The notes under the pieces were generated by a model. The model saw only the letters and a program-made list of their open reading frames with translations, made no database searches and was not told the origin of the DNA. Shown here in pieces: positions 8,488 through 18,250 of a DNA stretch of 64,000 bases. A program made the position numbers and the translations under genes. The DNA comes from Minisyncoccota bacterium (GTDB lineage Bacteria; Patescibacteriota; Minisyncoccia; Phycocordibacterales; UBA2100), in the NCBI GenBank assembly GCA_035559235.1, contig DATMBM010000016.1, positions 28,431 to 92,430 on the forward strand, written 5' to 3'. The stretch's first letter is position 1; every line of letters begins with the position of its first letter.

Positions 8488-8871
8488 ATGATGAAGACCG
8501 ATATGCATCCGATACAACCGTGTCTGGACGTTGCGGCCGTTTCTGAAGAGTGCGTGATTTTCTACTCTATAGAAGGAGACGCACCAAGCCCTAAAGCCTT
8601 TCAGCCCGGAGCTGCTCCTGTGTTCATCCTCTATTCACCTGCCAAAGAACGTCGCCACCAGATTCGTTGCGCTGATTGCGAGACGCAAACCCCCAAGGAG
8701 GGATTTGCGTACGCTCATTATAAACCAGCGCCGTTTCGAGACTCCCACGAACACAGCGGCTCTTTGTGGATAACTAGCGCAAGAGACGCTGCAATTGAGC
8801 GGTTTTCTTGCCCTCTAGTTATGGCAAAAAGATACGGTAGCGCATTCATAAAGTCAATATGCGTCGCTTGA
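8488..8871 (+). CDS. hypothetical Cys/His-containing protein (~127 aa from MMKTDMHP...)
   Basis: ORF only; contains CADCETQ and Cys/His motifs that might form a zinc ribbon. Convergent with the downstream gene. No family recognised. Confidence 0.25.
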   Translation: MMKTDMHPIQPCLDVAAVSEECVIFYSIEGDAPSPKAFQPGAAPVFILYSPAKERRHQIRCADCETQTPKEGFAYAHYKPAPFRDSHEHSGSLWITSARDAAIERFSCPLVMAKRYGSAFIKSICVA

Positions 8872-9026
8872 CTTATTATGTTCTTATGGTGTCCTTTATG
8901 CCTGCAGCCGCGTTCCCCTTGCCCGTAATCTAATAATGCGGTGGGCCCCAGAGACGCCCGTGCAAGGTCCCCCTCATAACAAGCATCGTATTTGAAAACA
9001 GTGGCTCCGTGCCGCCCTCCCACGAG

Positions 9027-9833
9027 TTATGGGACAATGCGGTACTTACTCCAGCGTTTCGCTCCTATTTTTTGCACCTTCCCTGCATTAGCCAGGTGCG
9101 CCAGTTCGCGCTGGATCATTTTCTCACTGTATTGAGGAAGGTTCGCCGCAATGTCTTTAATACCGAGGGTGCCGCCAAGTTTCAATATGTCCATTATTTG
9201 ATCCGAGCGGCCCGAGGACCCTTGCTCGCCCTGGGCTGTGTCTTTTTGCTCGTCGCGCGTCCTTTTTGGCGCACGCGTGCGCGATGGTTCACGGCTGCGC
9301 ACCGGCGTTGACTCATGTGCTGGCGGTACGAGATCGTCTCGCGAAATGGTGAGCTGCTCTGAGAGAACCGATTTTTGCGACGCGACGATCAACGAGCCTA
9401 GTTCGTCCAGCGCTTCGGTGATAGCGTGACCATTTTGCACGGAAATATACCCTGCGATTGCGAGCATGCGAACATGTGAGACCAGCTCTCGAATGACCGA
9501 GAGCGTTTCCCGACCTTTTTCGGATGCGGGAGAGCGAAACCCTGTCCGTAATTCAAGCAGCAAATCGAGCAAATGCAGCCCCGCTTTCCGAATCGATGTC
9601 CGTAATGGTTCTGACGTGGGCACGTGGTTCGTGATCAAGTGGAGCGCCGCGCTGATCCGCTCGGCGCGTCGATACGAGTTTTCTCCGCTTACGTTAGCAC
9701 CAAACGGATTTGTCCGTATTGAGTGACTGTCCAATATGTTGAGGACGTTCGATATGTCTTTTGCGTCTTTTACGTGTTCAATAGAGTTTGCAAGGGATGT
9801 CTTTGATAGTTCCTTTTCGTGTCCCTTTGGCAT
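9027..9833 (-). CDS. hypothetical protein with a C-terminal winged-helix DNA-binding-like domain (269 aa from MPKGHEKEL...)
   Basis: C-terminus IMDILKLGGTLGIKDIAANLPQYSEKMIQRELAHLANAGKVQKIGAKRWSKYRIV resembles a wHTH (MarR/DprA-C-like). Divergently oriented to ftsK. Confidence 0.5.
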   Translation of the reverse strand: MPKGHEKELSKTSLANSIEHVKDAKDISNVLNILDSHSIRTNPFGANVSGENSYRRAERISAALHLITNHVPTSEPLRTSIRKAGLHLLDLLLELRTGFRSPASEKGRETLSVIRELVSHVRMLAIAGYISVQNGHAITEALDELGSLIVASQKSVLSEQLTISRDDLVPPAHESTPVRSREPSRTRAPKRTRDEQKDTAQGEQGSSGRSDQIMDILKLGGTLGIKDIAANLPQYSEKMIQRELAHLANAGKVQKIGAKRWSKYRIVP

Positions 9834-9950
9834 GCGCGCAGTATAGCCCCTTACAGACACGGCGCAACTCGGAAACTGTGTGTACGGGAATGAATGGTTG
9901 CCAAAACTCCAAAATGGAGGCGCAATGAAGCGTGGTATCATGCTTGAACA

Positions 9951-12173
9951 ATGGCGAAAAAAAATGGCCGAAAAAACGGCAAGCGAAAGAACGGTGATTC
10001 CGAACCGCGCGAATTTCCCGTAAGTACGGAGGCGCTACGAGGCGTATCCGCCGTACTTGCGGTCGCTGTCGGATTATTTTTAGCGCTTGCCGCATTCAAT
10101 ATCGGAGGAGCTGCCGGCGCCTTTCTTTACGGGCATCTCTCAACGCTCCTCGGCATCGGCTACATGCTATTGCCGCTATCGCTCATACTTCTTGCGGCAG
10201 CGCTCATGCGCTCGTTTCAGAATCGATTTGGCGCTATCGAGATCGTGAGCGTCGTCGTGTTCTCGCTCTCCGCGCTCGGTCTCGTCAGTGTTATCTTCCC
10301 CGAACGCGGCGGCATCCTCGGCTCCCTGATCGTCTCTCCACTCGTCGCAGCGGTCGACACGGTTGCCACAGTCATCTTCCTGATCGCCTTTATCGTCGCG
10401 GCGCTCATCATTGCCTTTGACGTCCGCTTTGACGTTCTCTTTGGCGCCCTTCGTGCACGCATGCGTCCGAGTACCGAGACAGCCGAAGGCGATGTCTCGA
10501 TCGCCGGCCTACCTGAGGAAGACGAAGAGGCGGAAGATGAGATGCTTGAAGAGGAAGAGGTCCCGGATGCCGTTGAGGAACCGCAGAAGCCCGACCCGAC
10601 GCCGCGTTACGCAGATACCGGAGATGCGCAGGAAGGCGAATTCCCTATTATCGCCGCTTCCACTTCCGTGTACTCTCCGCCGCCGCTCTCTCTCCTCGGG
10701 AAAAACAAGGGCAAGCCTGAGGTGGGCGACGTGAAGGCAAACATGAACATTTTAAAGCGGACACTCCAAAATTTCGGCATACAGGTAGAAATGGACGAAG
10801 TGTCGATCGGGCCGACGGTCACCCGCTACGCGATGAAGCCCGCCGAAGGCGTGAGGCTCTCGAAAATTGTCGCGCTCCAATCAAACCTTGAACTCGCCCT
10901 CGCCGCGTCTCCCGTGCGTATTGAGGCGCCAATTCCCGGCAAATCGCTCGTCGGCATTGAGGTGCCGAATATCGCGCGGACAACACTCGGCCTGGCGCCA
11001 CTGTTTTCCGACTCGGGATTCACGCAATCCGACAAACCCCTTCTCATCGGCCTCGGTCGCTCGATCACCGGACAGGCGCATTTTGCGGATCTCGCGCGCA
11101 TGCCACACCTGTTGATCGCCGGCACGACCGGCAGCGGTAAATCGGTGTGCGTGCACGATATTATCGTCTCGCTCCTCTACCGCGCCGGCCCCGAGCGCCT
11201 TCGCTTCATCATGGTCGACCCGAAGCGAGTCGAGTTGACGCTCTACAACTCAATCCCCCACCTGTTAACGCCGGTCATCACCGACGCGAAGAAAGCAATT
11301 CTCGCACTCAAGTGGCTCGCGAGAGAAATGGAGCGGCGTTACAACGTCTTGGAAACCGAGCGCGTGCGCGACATCGCCTCGTATCACGAAAACGTTGTGG
11401 CGCCCGCACTCGAAAAAGCATCCGGCGGCGAGAGCGACAAACCGCTTCCGGAGGCCATGCCCTACATCGTCCTCATCATCGACGAATTGGCCGACATCAT
11501 GCAGGCGTATCCGCGTGAACTGGAAGCGGGGATCGTTCGGCTCGCGCAAATGAGCCGCGCCGTCGGCATCCACCTCATCCTCTCGACGCAGCGTCCGTCG
11601 GTGAAAGTCATTACCGGGCTCATCAAGGCGAACATCCCGGCGCGCATCGCCTTCCAGGTCGCCTCGCAGATCGATTCGCGCACGATCCTCGACGCGGGCG
11701 GCGCAGAAAAACTCCTCGGCGCGGGCGATATGCTCTTCCTCTCCAACGACATGTCGAAGCCGCGCCGCATCCAGGCACCGTTTATCAGCGAAGGTGAAGT
11801 GAAGCGGGTCGTCTCGTACATTGCAAAAAATAATGATGCGCCGCTCAGCGGGGTCGACTTCTCCGACGCCGCCGGCGCTTCGAGCGGGCCGAACGCGATC
11901 TTTTCGGCGATGGAAGACGAAGCGGATGACGACAAGTACGCGGAAGCGAAACGCGCGGTCGTGGAAGCCGGAAAAGCGTCGACCTCGTACTTGCAGCGAA
12001 AACTCGGGATCGGCTACTCGCGCGCCGCACGGCTCATGGACATGCTTGAGGAGCGCGGCGTCATCGGCCCGGGCGAAGGCTCCAAGCCGCGCGAAGTAAT
12101 CGGTGCCGGGAACGCCGATGAGCTGGTTGCCGCCGCTGAAGAGGAAGAGGATGAATTCAACGCGCGCGCGTGA
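9951..12173 (+). CDS. ftsK: DNA translocase FtsK/SpoIIIE
   Basis: N-terminal multi-TM region, acidic linker, motor domain with Walker A GTTGSGKSVCV and DEL(Walker B). C-terminal gamma wHTH (YLQRKLGIGYSRAARLMDMLEERGVI). Confidence 0.95.
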   Translation: MAKKNGRKNGKRKNGDSEPREFPVSTEALRGVSAVLAVAVGLFLALAAFNIGGAAGAFLYGHLSTLLGIGYMLLPLSLILLAAALMRSFQNRFGAIEIVSVVVFSLSALGLVSVIFPERGGILGSLIVSPLVAAVDTVATVIFLIAFIVAALIIAFDVRFDVLFGALRARMRPSTETAEGDVSIAGLPEEDEEAEDEMLEEEEVPDAVEEPQKPDPTPRYADTGDAQEGEFPIIAASTSVYSPPPLSLLGKNKGKPEVGDVKANMNILKRTLQNFGIQVEMDEVSIGPTVTRYAMKPAEGVRLSKIVALQSNLELALAASPVRIEAPIPGKSLVGIEVPNIARTTLGLAPLFSDSGFTQSDKPLLIGLGRSITGQAHFADLARMPHLLIAGTTGSGKSVCVHDIIVSLLYRAGPERLRFIMVDPKRVELTLYNSIPHLLTPVITDAKKAILALKWLAREMERRYNVLETERVRDIASYHENVVAPALEKASGGESDKPLPEAMPYIVLIIDELADIMQAYPRELEAGIVRLAQMSRAVGIHLILSTQRPSVKVITGLIKANIPARIAFQVASQIDSRTILDAGGAEKLLGAGDMLFLSNDMSKPRRIQAPFISEGEVKRVVSYIAKNNDAPLSGVDFSDAAGASSGPNAIFSAMEDEADDDKYAEAKRAVVEAGKASTSYLQRKLGIGYSRAARLMDMLEERGVIGPGEGSKPREVIGAGNADELVAAAEEEEDEFNARA

Positions 12174-12559
12174 GTATGCTGCCGTATCGCGATTCAAAAC
12201 TCGTCCGAATTTCGCTCCTCGTCTTCTTCGCGTTCCTTATCGCGTATGCCCTCTACGAGGGCTGGGGCATGTTGTATGGCCCCTCCATTCGCATCCCCGA
12301 TGAAAGCATCCTCTCGCGTGAACCGTATGTCCTCGTCAAGGGCCGCGCCGAGCGGATCACCGAATTGCGTCTCAATGGAAAGACCATTCCGGTGACCGAA
12401 GACGGCGATTTCGCCGAGCCGCACCTCCTAGCGCCCGGGACGAACCATCTCATCCTCGAGGCGCGCGATGCCCGCGGCCGCACAACCCAGAAGGAACTCG
12501 ACGTCCTCTACATGCCGCTGGAGACTCCTTCCGCGACCACCACTGCGGAAGAGCCCTAA
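12170..12559 (+). CDS. hypothetical membrane-anchored protein (129 aa); 4-bp overlap with ftsK
   Basis: N-terminal TM anchor (LVRISLLVFFAFLIAYALY), then a beta-rich soluble domain. ATGA start/stop overlap with ftsK suggests co-translation in the same operon. Confidence 0.5.
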   Translation: MSMLPYRDSKLVRISLLVFFAFLIAYALYEGWGMLYGPSIRIPDESILSREPYVLVKGRAERITELRLNGKTIPVTEDGDFAEPHLLAPGTNHLILEARDARGRTTQKELDVLYMPLETPSATTTAEEP

Positions 12560-12608
12560 ACACGGTATACTTCATCTTTAATTACCTTTAGCGCGCAATA
12601 CTCCGCCT

Positions 12609-13673
12609 ATGGCAAAAACGAAAGAAAAGGCCCCTCTGAAACAGACAGGAACCGGCAGCGACAAAGACATCGACCGAGCCCTCTCCGAGATAAAGACGAA
12701 ATTCGGCGACGAGGCGATCATGAAATTGGGTGAGACGCCGAAAGTCGACGTCAACGCAATCCCAACCGGCTCCATCGGCGTGGATTGGGCGCTCGGAATC
12801 GGCGGCATGCCGCGCGGGCGCATCATCGAGATCTACGGCCCGGAATCCTCCGGGAAGACGACGCTTGCGCTCCACACGGTCGCCGAAGCGCAAAAGCGCG
12901 GCGGTATTTGCGCATTCATCGATGCCGAACATGCGCTCGATCCCGAATACGCGAAGAAAATCGGCGTTGATATCAATTCCCTGCTCGTCTCGCAGCCGGA
13001 TACCGGCGAACAGGCGCTTGAGATCGTGGAGTCGTTGGTACGCAGCGGTAAAATCGATGTCATCGTCGTCGACTCGGTCGCTGCGCTTACGCCAAAAGAC
13101 GAAATCGAAGGCGACATGGGCGCGCAACATGTTGGCAAGCAGGCGCGCCTGATGTCGCAGGCGCTTCGCAAGCTCACCGCGATCGTCTCGAAGACAAAGA
13201 CCGTCATCATTTTCATCAATCAGATCCGCATGCAGATCGGCGTTATGTTCGGCAATCCCGAAACCACGCCGGGCGGCAAGGCGCTTAAATTTTACACATC
13301 GGTCCGCATCGATATCCGTCGCATCGCGCAGATCAAGAAGGGCGACGAGGTAATGGGCGGTAGGCACCGCGTGAAAATCGTCAAAAACAAGGTCGCGGCG
13401 CCGTTCCGTCAGACCGAATTCGACATGATGTACGGCGAGGGCATTTCGCGCGAAGGAGAAGCGCTCGCGCTCGGCGAAAAGCTCGGCGTCATCGAAAAAT
13501 CGTCGGGCGGATCGTACAAGTATGGTGAGACGGCGCTTGGCCGCGGGTATGACGCGGCGCGCACGTTTCTGCGCGAGAACAAGCCTGTCATCAACGACAT
13601 CCTCAAAGACATCAGGAAAAATCTCTCGAGCGGCAACGCGCCGCTTGCGAAAAGCGCGAGCAGCGACGAGTAA
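12609..13673 (+). CDS. recA: recombinase RecA
   Basis: Unmistakable RecA core ([32 protein letters not shown], loop L2 region). Confidence 0.97.
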   Translation: MAKTKEKAPLKQTGTGSDKDIDRALSEIKTKFGDEAIMKLGETPKVDVNAIPTGSIGVDWALGIGGMPRGRIIEIYGPESSGKTTLALHTVAEAQKRGGICAFIDAEHALDPEYAKKIGVDINSLLVSQPDTGEQALEIVESLVRSGKIDVIVVDSVAALTPKDEIEGDMGAQHVGKQARLMSQALRKLTAIVSKTKTVIIFINQIRMQIGVMFGNPETTPGGKALKFYTSVRIDIRRIAQIKKGDEVMGGRHRVKIVKNKVAAPFRQTEFDMMYGEGISREGEALALGEKLGVIEKSSGGSYKYGETALGRGYDAARTFLRENKPVINDILKDIRKNLSSGNAPLAKSASSDE

Positions 13674-13714
13674 CGGGGTGGACAAACGGCGAATTCTGAA
13701 TAGAATACCGCCGT

Positions 13715-14281
13715 ATGCTTAACTACAACGAAGTAAAACCCGGCGTCGCGGTCATCGTCGAGGGCGAGCCGTACGTCTGCACGTGGAATAACATCATGCA
13801 GAAACAGCAGCGTCGTCCGGTCAACCAGACGAAGCTCCGCCATCTCATTCGCGGCAACGTCATCGAATACTCGTTCCAGCAGTCGGATAAATTAAACGAA
13901 GCGGAGATTGAAAAGAAGACGGCTGTCTTCGTCTTCCAGGACGCGCGCAAGGGCGAATGGGTCTTCCACGAGAAGGACGACAAATCGAAGCGGTTCTCGC
14001 TCACCGACGAGATAGTCGGCGACAGCGGGCATTTTTTGAAGCCGAATACGGAAGTTGAGACGCACGCGTTCGACGGCAAGATCTTTGCCGTAAAGCTCCC
14101 CATCAAGGTCGAGCTCAAGGTGAAAGAGGCGCCGCCCGATGTGCGCGGAAACACGGCGCAGGGAGGCTCTAAAATCGTGACATTGGAAACAGGCGCGCAG
14201 CTGACCGTGCCGATGTTTATCAAAGAGGGCGACGTACTGCGCATCAATACGGAAACTGGACAATACGTCGAGCGCGCGTAA
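13715..14281 (+). CDS. efp: translation elongation factor P
   Basis: 188 aa; KPG...IVEGEPY N-terminal KOW-like domain and EF-P OB domains. Confidence 0.93.
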   Translation: MLNYNEVKPGVAVIVEGEPYVCTWNNIMQKQQRRPVNQTKLRHLIRGNVIEYSFQQSDKLNEAEIEKKTAVFVFQDARKGEWVFHEKDDKSKRFSLTDEIVGDSGHFLKPNTEVETHAFDGKIFAVKLPIKVELKVKEAPPDVRGNTAQGGSKIVTLETGAQLTVPMFIKEGDVLRINTETGQYVERA

Positions 14282-14292
14282 GCGCGAAATTC

Positions 14293-14319
14293 GGCGGAGC
14301 GGCTCCGAGCCGCTCCGCC
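14293..14319. terminator. GC-rich hairpin (ggcggagcggctc-c-gagccgctccgcc) between convergent efp and a membrane-protein gene; likely bidirectional terminator
   Basis: 13-nt arms that are exact reverse complements, immediately after the efp stop (14281) and before the stop of the minus-strand gene at 14328. Followed by TTGTGCGTT on the plus strand. Confidence 0.6.
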
Positions 14320-14327
14320 TTGTGCGT

Positions 14328-14642
14328 TCATGCCGGCAGGACCGCCCGCATAAGAAGTAGCAGCGCGTTCAAGTAGCTATTCGTCACAAATGCGAAGACG
14401 AGGATGGTCAGGATGAGCGTAAGGAAGATGTTATCGAAGACGTTCACGATACGCCACGCAATGCTCATCACCCAGATAAATCCTCCGAGAATGGTCGCCG
14501 CGAGTATGGCAAGCCATACCTGGTCCCAAAAGGCAGCTTCCGTAAACAAATCACGGAATCGCTGGATGAGCTCTGCCCATCGCGTTGGCGCTTCGAAGAT
14601 TGCATCTCGAACTGCACGCAGAAAGTTCACGAGTTCGTTCAT
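14328..14642 (-). CDS. hypothetical membrane protein (104 aa, 2 TM)
   Basis: Two hydrophobic helices (VWLAILAATILGGFIWVMSIAW; LTLILTILVFAFV). No family assignment. Confidence 0.5.
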   Translation of the reverse strand: MNELVNFLRAVRDAIFEAPTRWAELIQRFRDLFTEAAFWDQVWLAILAATILGGFIWVMSIAWRIVNVFDNIFLTLILTILVFAFVTNSYLNALLLLMRAVLPA

Positions 14643-14741
14643 CAGTCGTACTCCTTGTGTGCCGCACCGAAACCAAAAGATCGGCTACAGCACACACTAG
14701 GCCGTGAGCGTGACCGTGCGGTGAAGCCGTGCGGGCTTCGT

Positions 14742-14945
14742 TTATTTCTGGATATACGGTAGAAGCCCCATGTGGCGGGCGCGTTTGATCGCCTCTTCCA
14801 CCATGCGCTGCTGCTTTGCCGTGAGGCCGCTCTTGCGGCGATCGATTACACGACCGTGCGGGTTGATGAAATTCTTCAAGAGGTCGACGTCTTTGTAGTC
14901 GACGTGCTGGATATCGTTTTGCGTCAAAATGTTGTTCGTTGCCAT
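14742..14945 (-). CDS. rpsR: 30S ribosomal protein S18
   Basis: 67 aa, ...KDVDLLKNFINPHGRVIDRRKSGLTAKQQRMVEEAIKRARHMGLLPY. Lies in the rpsF-ssb-rpsR arrangement. Confidence 0.93.
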   Translation of the reverse strand: MATNNILTQNDIQHVDYKDVDLLKNFINPHGRVIDRRKSGLTAKQQRMVEEAIKRARHMGLLPYIQK

Positions 14946-14955
14946 ACGTGTTTAT

Positions 14956-15396
14956 TTAGAATGGGATATCGTCAGGATTAATGTCGTCCTTCGGGTAGTC
15001 AATGCCGCCGGGGTTGCCGCCCCCTTGCTCTTGCGGCTCGTCTGCATCGCGCCGGCCACCTCCGCCGCCACCTGAGCGCGGGCCGAATTGCACGCGATCG
15101 GCGACGACTTCCGTGCGGTACATCTTCTGCCCTTCCTTTTCCCACGAGCGCGTCTGCAAGCGGCCTTCGACGAATACGCCGCTTCCCTTCTTCAGATACT
15201 GATTCACCGTATCCGCTTGGCGACCGAAGACGACGATGTTGTGGAAATCGGTCTGCTCCTGCTTCTTACCGTCGCGGTCGCGGAAGACGCGGTTCGTCGC
15301 GATCGAGAAGTTGACGACATTCATGCCGCTCGGCAGCGCGCGCAATTCAGGATCGCGCGTGAGGTTGCCGTAGAGAAGCACTTTGTTGAGGTACAT
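14956..15396 (-). CDS. ssb: single-stranded DNA-binding protein
   Basis: OB-fold N-terminus (MYLNKVLLYGNLTRDPELRALPSG...), Gly-rich linker, acidic C-terminal tip DDIPF. Confidence 0.93.
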   Translation of the reverse strand: MYLNKVLLYGNLTRDPELRALPSGMNVVNFSIATNRVFRDRDGKKQEQTDFHNIVVFGRQADTVNQYLKKGSGVFVEGRLQTRSWEKEGQKMYRTEVVADRVQFGPRSGGGGGGRRDADEPQEQGGGNPGGIDYPKDDINPDDIPF

Positions 15397-15400
15397 ACGA

Positions 15401-15919
15401 TTACTCGGCGGTTAGCGTTTCGAGCGCCTTTTCGAGATCTTCCTCGGAGACCGCGTCTTTCTCGTCCGCTTCTGGCGCCTTGCGCGGAGAGCTCTTGATC
15501 GTATCGCTGCGCTTCACTTCGCGAAGCTGCGGCGCCTTGAACTTGGCCCGCGTGTCTTCGCGCACCGTCTTGAAGACGATTGAGCGAAGGATCGACGCAT
15601 GCCCTTTCAGGAAATCCGTAAGTACTTTCGCGCTTTCAGTTGAGCCCTCGAATTTGATCCAGCCGAAGTATGCGCGGTCATATTCCGCGTATTTCTCGCC
15701 GTCGCGTTTGTTCATCGCGTAGGCGAGCTTCATCAAAGACGGCGCCCCTTCGGCGATGAAGGATCCTCCCAGCTGCTCGATTTCGGCGCGGATTTCTGCG
15801 ACGACTTTCTCGACATCCCCTTCGGAGACGGTCGGCACGACGTGATAGCCCGCTTCATAAATGCGGGTGACGACTTCAGTGTCTGCTGCTTCTTTTGCCA
15901 TGTCGGCGCACTGTATCAC
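15401..15919 (-). CDS. rpsF: 30S ribosomal protein S6 with an acidic C-terminal extension (start may be the Met at 15901)
   Basis: S6-like core (RIYEAGYHVVP...KFEGSTESAKVL) upstream of ssb-rpsR. Confidence 0.85.
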   Translation of the reverse strand: MIQCADMAKEAADTEVVTRIYEAGYHVVPTVSEGDVEKVVAEIRAEIEQLGGSFIAEGAPSLMKLAYAMNKRDGEKYAEYDRAYFGWIKFEGSTESAKVLTDFLKGHASILRSIVFKTVREDTRAKFKAPQLREVKRSDTIKSSPRKAPEADEKDAVSEEDLEKALETLTAE

Positions 15920-15945
15920 GAGCCCCCGAATATCGCAAGAAGTCC

Positions 15946-16776
15946 TTACTTTAAGCCGAAAAGTCGCGCTGCGTTCGCCAAAAGTTGCTCCCGAACCCCG
16001 TGTTCATCCTCCCCCCGGATGCGGGCAATCGCTCGTACAACCTCGATCACGTACGCCGGCTCGTTGCGTTTCCCCCGGTGCGGTACCGGTGTCACATACG
16101 GGGCGTCGGTTTCCGAAAGGAGCATGTCGAGCGGCGCATGTTTGACGATCTCGTCGTAGTCGTGCGTAAAGGTGAGGACGCCGGTAAATGAAAGTGTAAC
16201 ACCGAAATCGAGATACTTTTTCGCAGTATCCCATGAGCCCGCGAAAAAATGTGAATTCCCTTTTACTTTCGCGTGAGCTTTTAGGATATCGAGTGCGTCT
16301 TCGTACGCGTCATCAGAGCCTTGCGAGGCGCGGATGTGAAGCATGAGCGGCTTTTGCAGTGCGTTTGCAAGTTCGATCTGCTCAATGAACGCCTGTTCCT
16401 GAATTTTTTTCGAGTCGGCGTCGAGTCGATAGTAATCAAGTCCACACTCGCCGATTGCAATTACTTTTGGCGACGCCGCAAGCGCCCTATATTTTTCCAC
16501 GTCAAACACTTCACCGCGCGAGGTAAACGCCTTCCCGCCTTCGCCTAACTCTTTTTCGTCGTGGTACGACTTACCCGTATGAATCGGATGCAGTCCGATC
16601 GTCGCGTACACATCATCGTATTTTTCAGCTACTTCGACCGCGGATTTCGATGTATCGAATTGCGTGCCGACGATGTTCATCCCGACCCCAGCGTCGGCAG
16701 CGCGCCCGATAGCTGCGTCCATGTCGTCCTTGAATGCCGCAAAATTCACGTGCGTATGTGCGTCAAAAAAACGCAT
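15946..16776 (-). CDS. tatD: TatD-family metal-dependent hydrolase (DNase)
   Basis: MRFFDAHTHVNF... and conserved His/Asp/Glu metal ligands of the TatD family. Confidence 0.88.
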   Translation of the reverse strand: MRFFDAHTHVNFAAFKDDMDAAIGRAADAGVGMNIVGTQFDTSKSAVEVAEKYDDVYATIGLHPIHTGKSYHDEKELGEGGKAFTSRGEVFDVEKYRALAASPKVIAIGECGLDYYRLDADSKKIQEQAFIEQIELANALQKPLMLHIRASQGSDDAYEDALDILKAHAKVKGNSHFFAGSWDTAKKYLDFGVTLSFTGVLTFTHDYDEIVKHAPLDMLLSETDAPYVTPVPHRGKRNEPAYVIEVVRAIARIRGEDEHGVREQLLANAARLFGLK

Positions 16777-16779
16777 ATG

Positions 16780-18231
16780 CTACTCTTTTCTCGGAAACAA
16801 ATTGACCGGCTTTTTGTTGGCAAGGATCGCCTGCTTTATCGCGTTACTGGTCGCCGGGATGATCGGCTGCAAGAGCCGCGCAATGACGTAGAGGCGCGCG
16901 GTCATTGCGGCGATCATCGCCTTCCCCTTTGCGGGATCTTCTTTGACGATGGCAAACGGCTTCGTGTCGGTGAGTTCCTTGTCGAGCTCCCCGATGAGCT
17001 TCCATACATAATCACACGCCGCGTTGTAGTCGTACCGATCAAACGCGCTTGTGTACACGGCCGGAAAATCCTCTGGCACCGGCTCCGGCTTTTCTATTGG
17101 TTTCTCCAGATGTGCCTCCGCGAGCGTGAGGAGCCGTGAGGCGAGGTTGCCGAGGCCGTTGGCAAGGTCGGCATTGTAGCTTTCCTTGAATTTCGCAAGC
17201 GTAAAATCGCTGTCTTCAAACGGATGAATGTGCCGCGCGAGAAAGAGCCGCAGCGCATCGACGCCATACTCATCGACGATCGCGTACGGATCTATCACAT
17301 TGCCGAGCGATTTCGACATCTTCTTGCCGCCGGACGTGATGAAGCCGTGGATGACGATTTGACGCGTCGAGGGGAGGTCCGCCGAAATAAGCATCGCCTG
17401 CCACATGGCCGCTTGCTGGCGGACATTGTCTTTGCCGGCCATCTGCAATGCCTTTGGCGACGGAATGATGCCCCAGAACCGCTCGAACTCGGGCTCGTTT
17501 TCCGGCCAGCCGAGCGTCGAGATGTAGTTGATGAGCGCATCGAACCAGACGTACATAACCTGCGTGTCGTCGTCCGGCACGGGCACCCCCCACGGCATTT
17601 TTGATTTGAGTCTCGAAATCGAAAAATCTTCCAGCCCCTGTGCGACGAACGCCTTTATCTCATTGAAGCGGAAATCCGGCACGACAAGATCCGGCCGACG
17701 CGCATACAAATCCAAGAGTGGAATCTGGTATTTCGAGAACCGGAAGAAATAGTTCTCTTCGTTGATAAGCTCGATATCAAGCGTCGGGTGCAAGGAACAG
17801 CGTCCGTTGACGAGTTCCGAATCGGTTTTTTCCAATTCGCAGCCGACGCAGTATTTCACCTGGTAGTTTTTCTTGTAGATATCTCCCGCCGCCATGCAGC
17901 GAAGCCAAAAATATTGCGCGGCACGCTTGTGGTGCTCATCGGTCGTGCGAATGAAATGGAGGTCGGGAAACAGGTTGAGCTTCTCTTTCAGGTTGCGGAA
18001 TTTTGCGGCGTATTCGTCGACGTAGGCCTGCGGGTCTTTCTTCTCTTCCTGCGCCTTGCGGTAGATCTTGATGCCATGTTCATCGGTACCGGTATTGAAA
18101 AAAACCTCGTCGCCAAGAAGCGCGCGATAGCGCGCGATGATATCGGCCTGAACGATCTCAAGCGCGAAGCCGATGTGCGGATCGGCATTCACGTACGGGA
18201 GCGTCGTCGTTATATAAAAGGGTTTTCCCAT
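16780..18231 (-). CDS. metG: methionyl-tRNA synthetase (short form without a C-terminal tRNA-binding domain); likely start MGKPFYITTT
   Basis: HIGH-region context (YITTTLPYVNADPHIGFALE), zinc knuckle CVGCE..., KMSKS (KMSKSLGNVID). Confidence 0.93.
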   Translation of the reverse strand: MGKPFYITTTLPYVNADPHIGFALEIVQADIIARYRALLGDEVFFNTGTDEHGIKIYRKAQEEKKDPQAYVDEYAAKFRNLKEKLNLFPDLHFIRTTDEHHKRAAQYFWLRCMAAGDIYKKNYQVKYCVGCELEKTDSELVNGRCSLHPTLDIELINEENYFFRFSKYQIPLLDLYARRPDLVVPDFRFNEIKAFVAQGLEDFSISRLKSKMPWGVPVPDDDTQVMYVWFDALINYISTLGWPENEPEFERFWGIIPSPKALQMAGKDNVRQQAAMWQAMLISADLPSTRQIVIHGFITSGGKKMSKSLGNVIDPYAIVDEYGVDALRLFLARHIHPFEDSDFTLAKFKESYNADLANGLGNLASRLLTLAEAHLEKPIEKPEPVPEDFPAVYTSAFDRYDYNAACDYVWKLIGELDKELTDTKPFAIVKEDPAKGKAMIAAMTARLYVIARLLQPIIPATSNAIKQAILANKKPVNLFPRKE

Positions 18232-18250
18232 GTTGTGCACCCTATCGCCT

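Noticed and set aside
11265-12197. 310-aa minus-strand ORF and several others antisense to ftsK
   Set aside because: Entirely within the ftsK coding region on the opposite strand; Arg/Asp-rich shadow translation.
12588-13685. 365-aa minus-strand ORF
   Set aside because: Exactly mirrors recA on the opposite strand; a classic long antisense ORF in GC-rich DNA.
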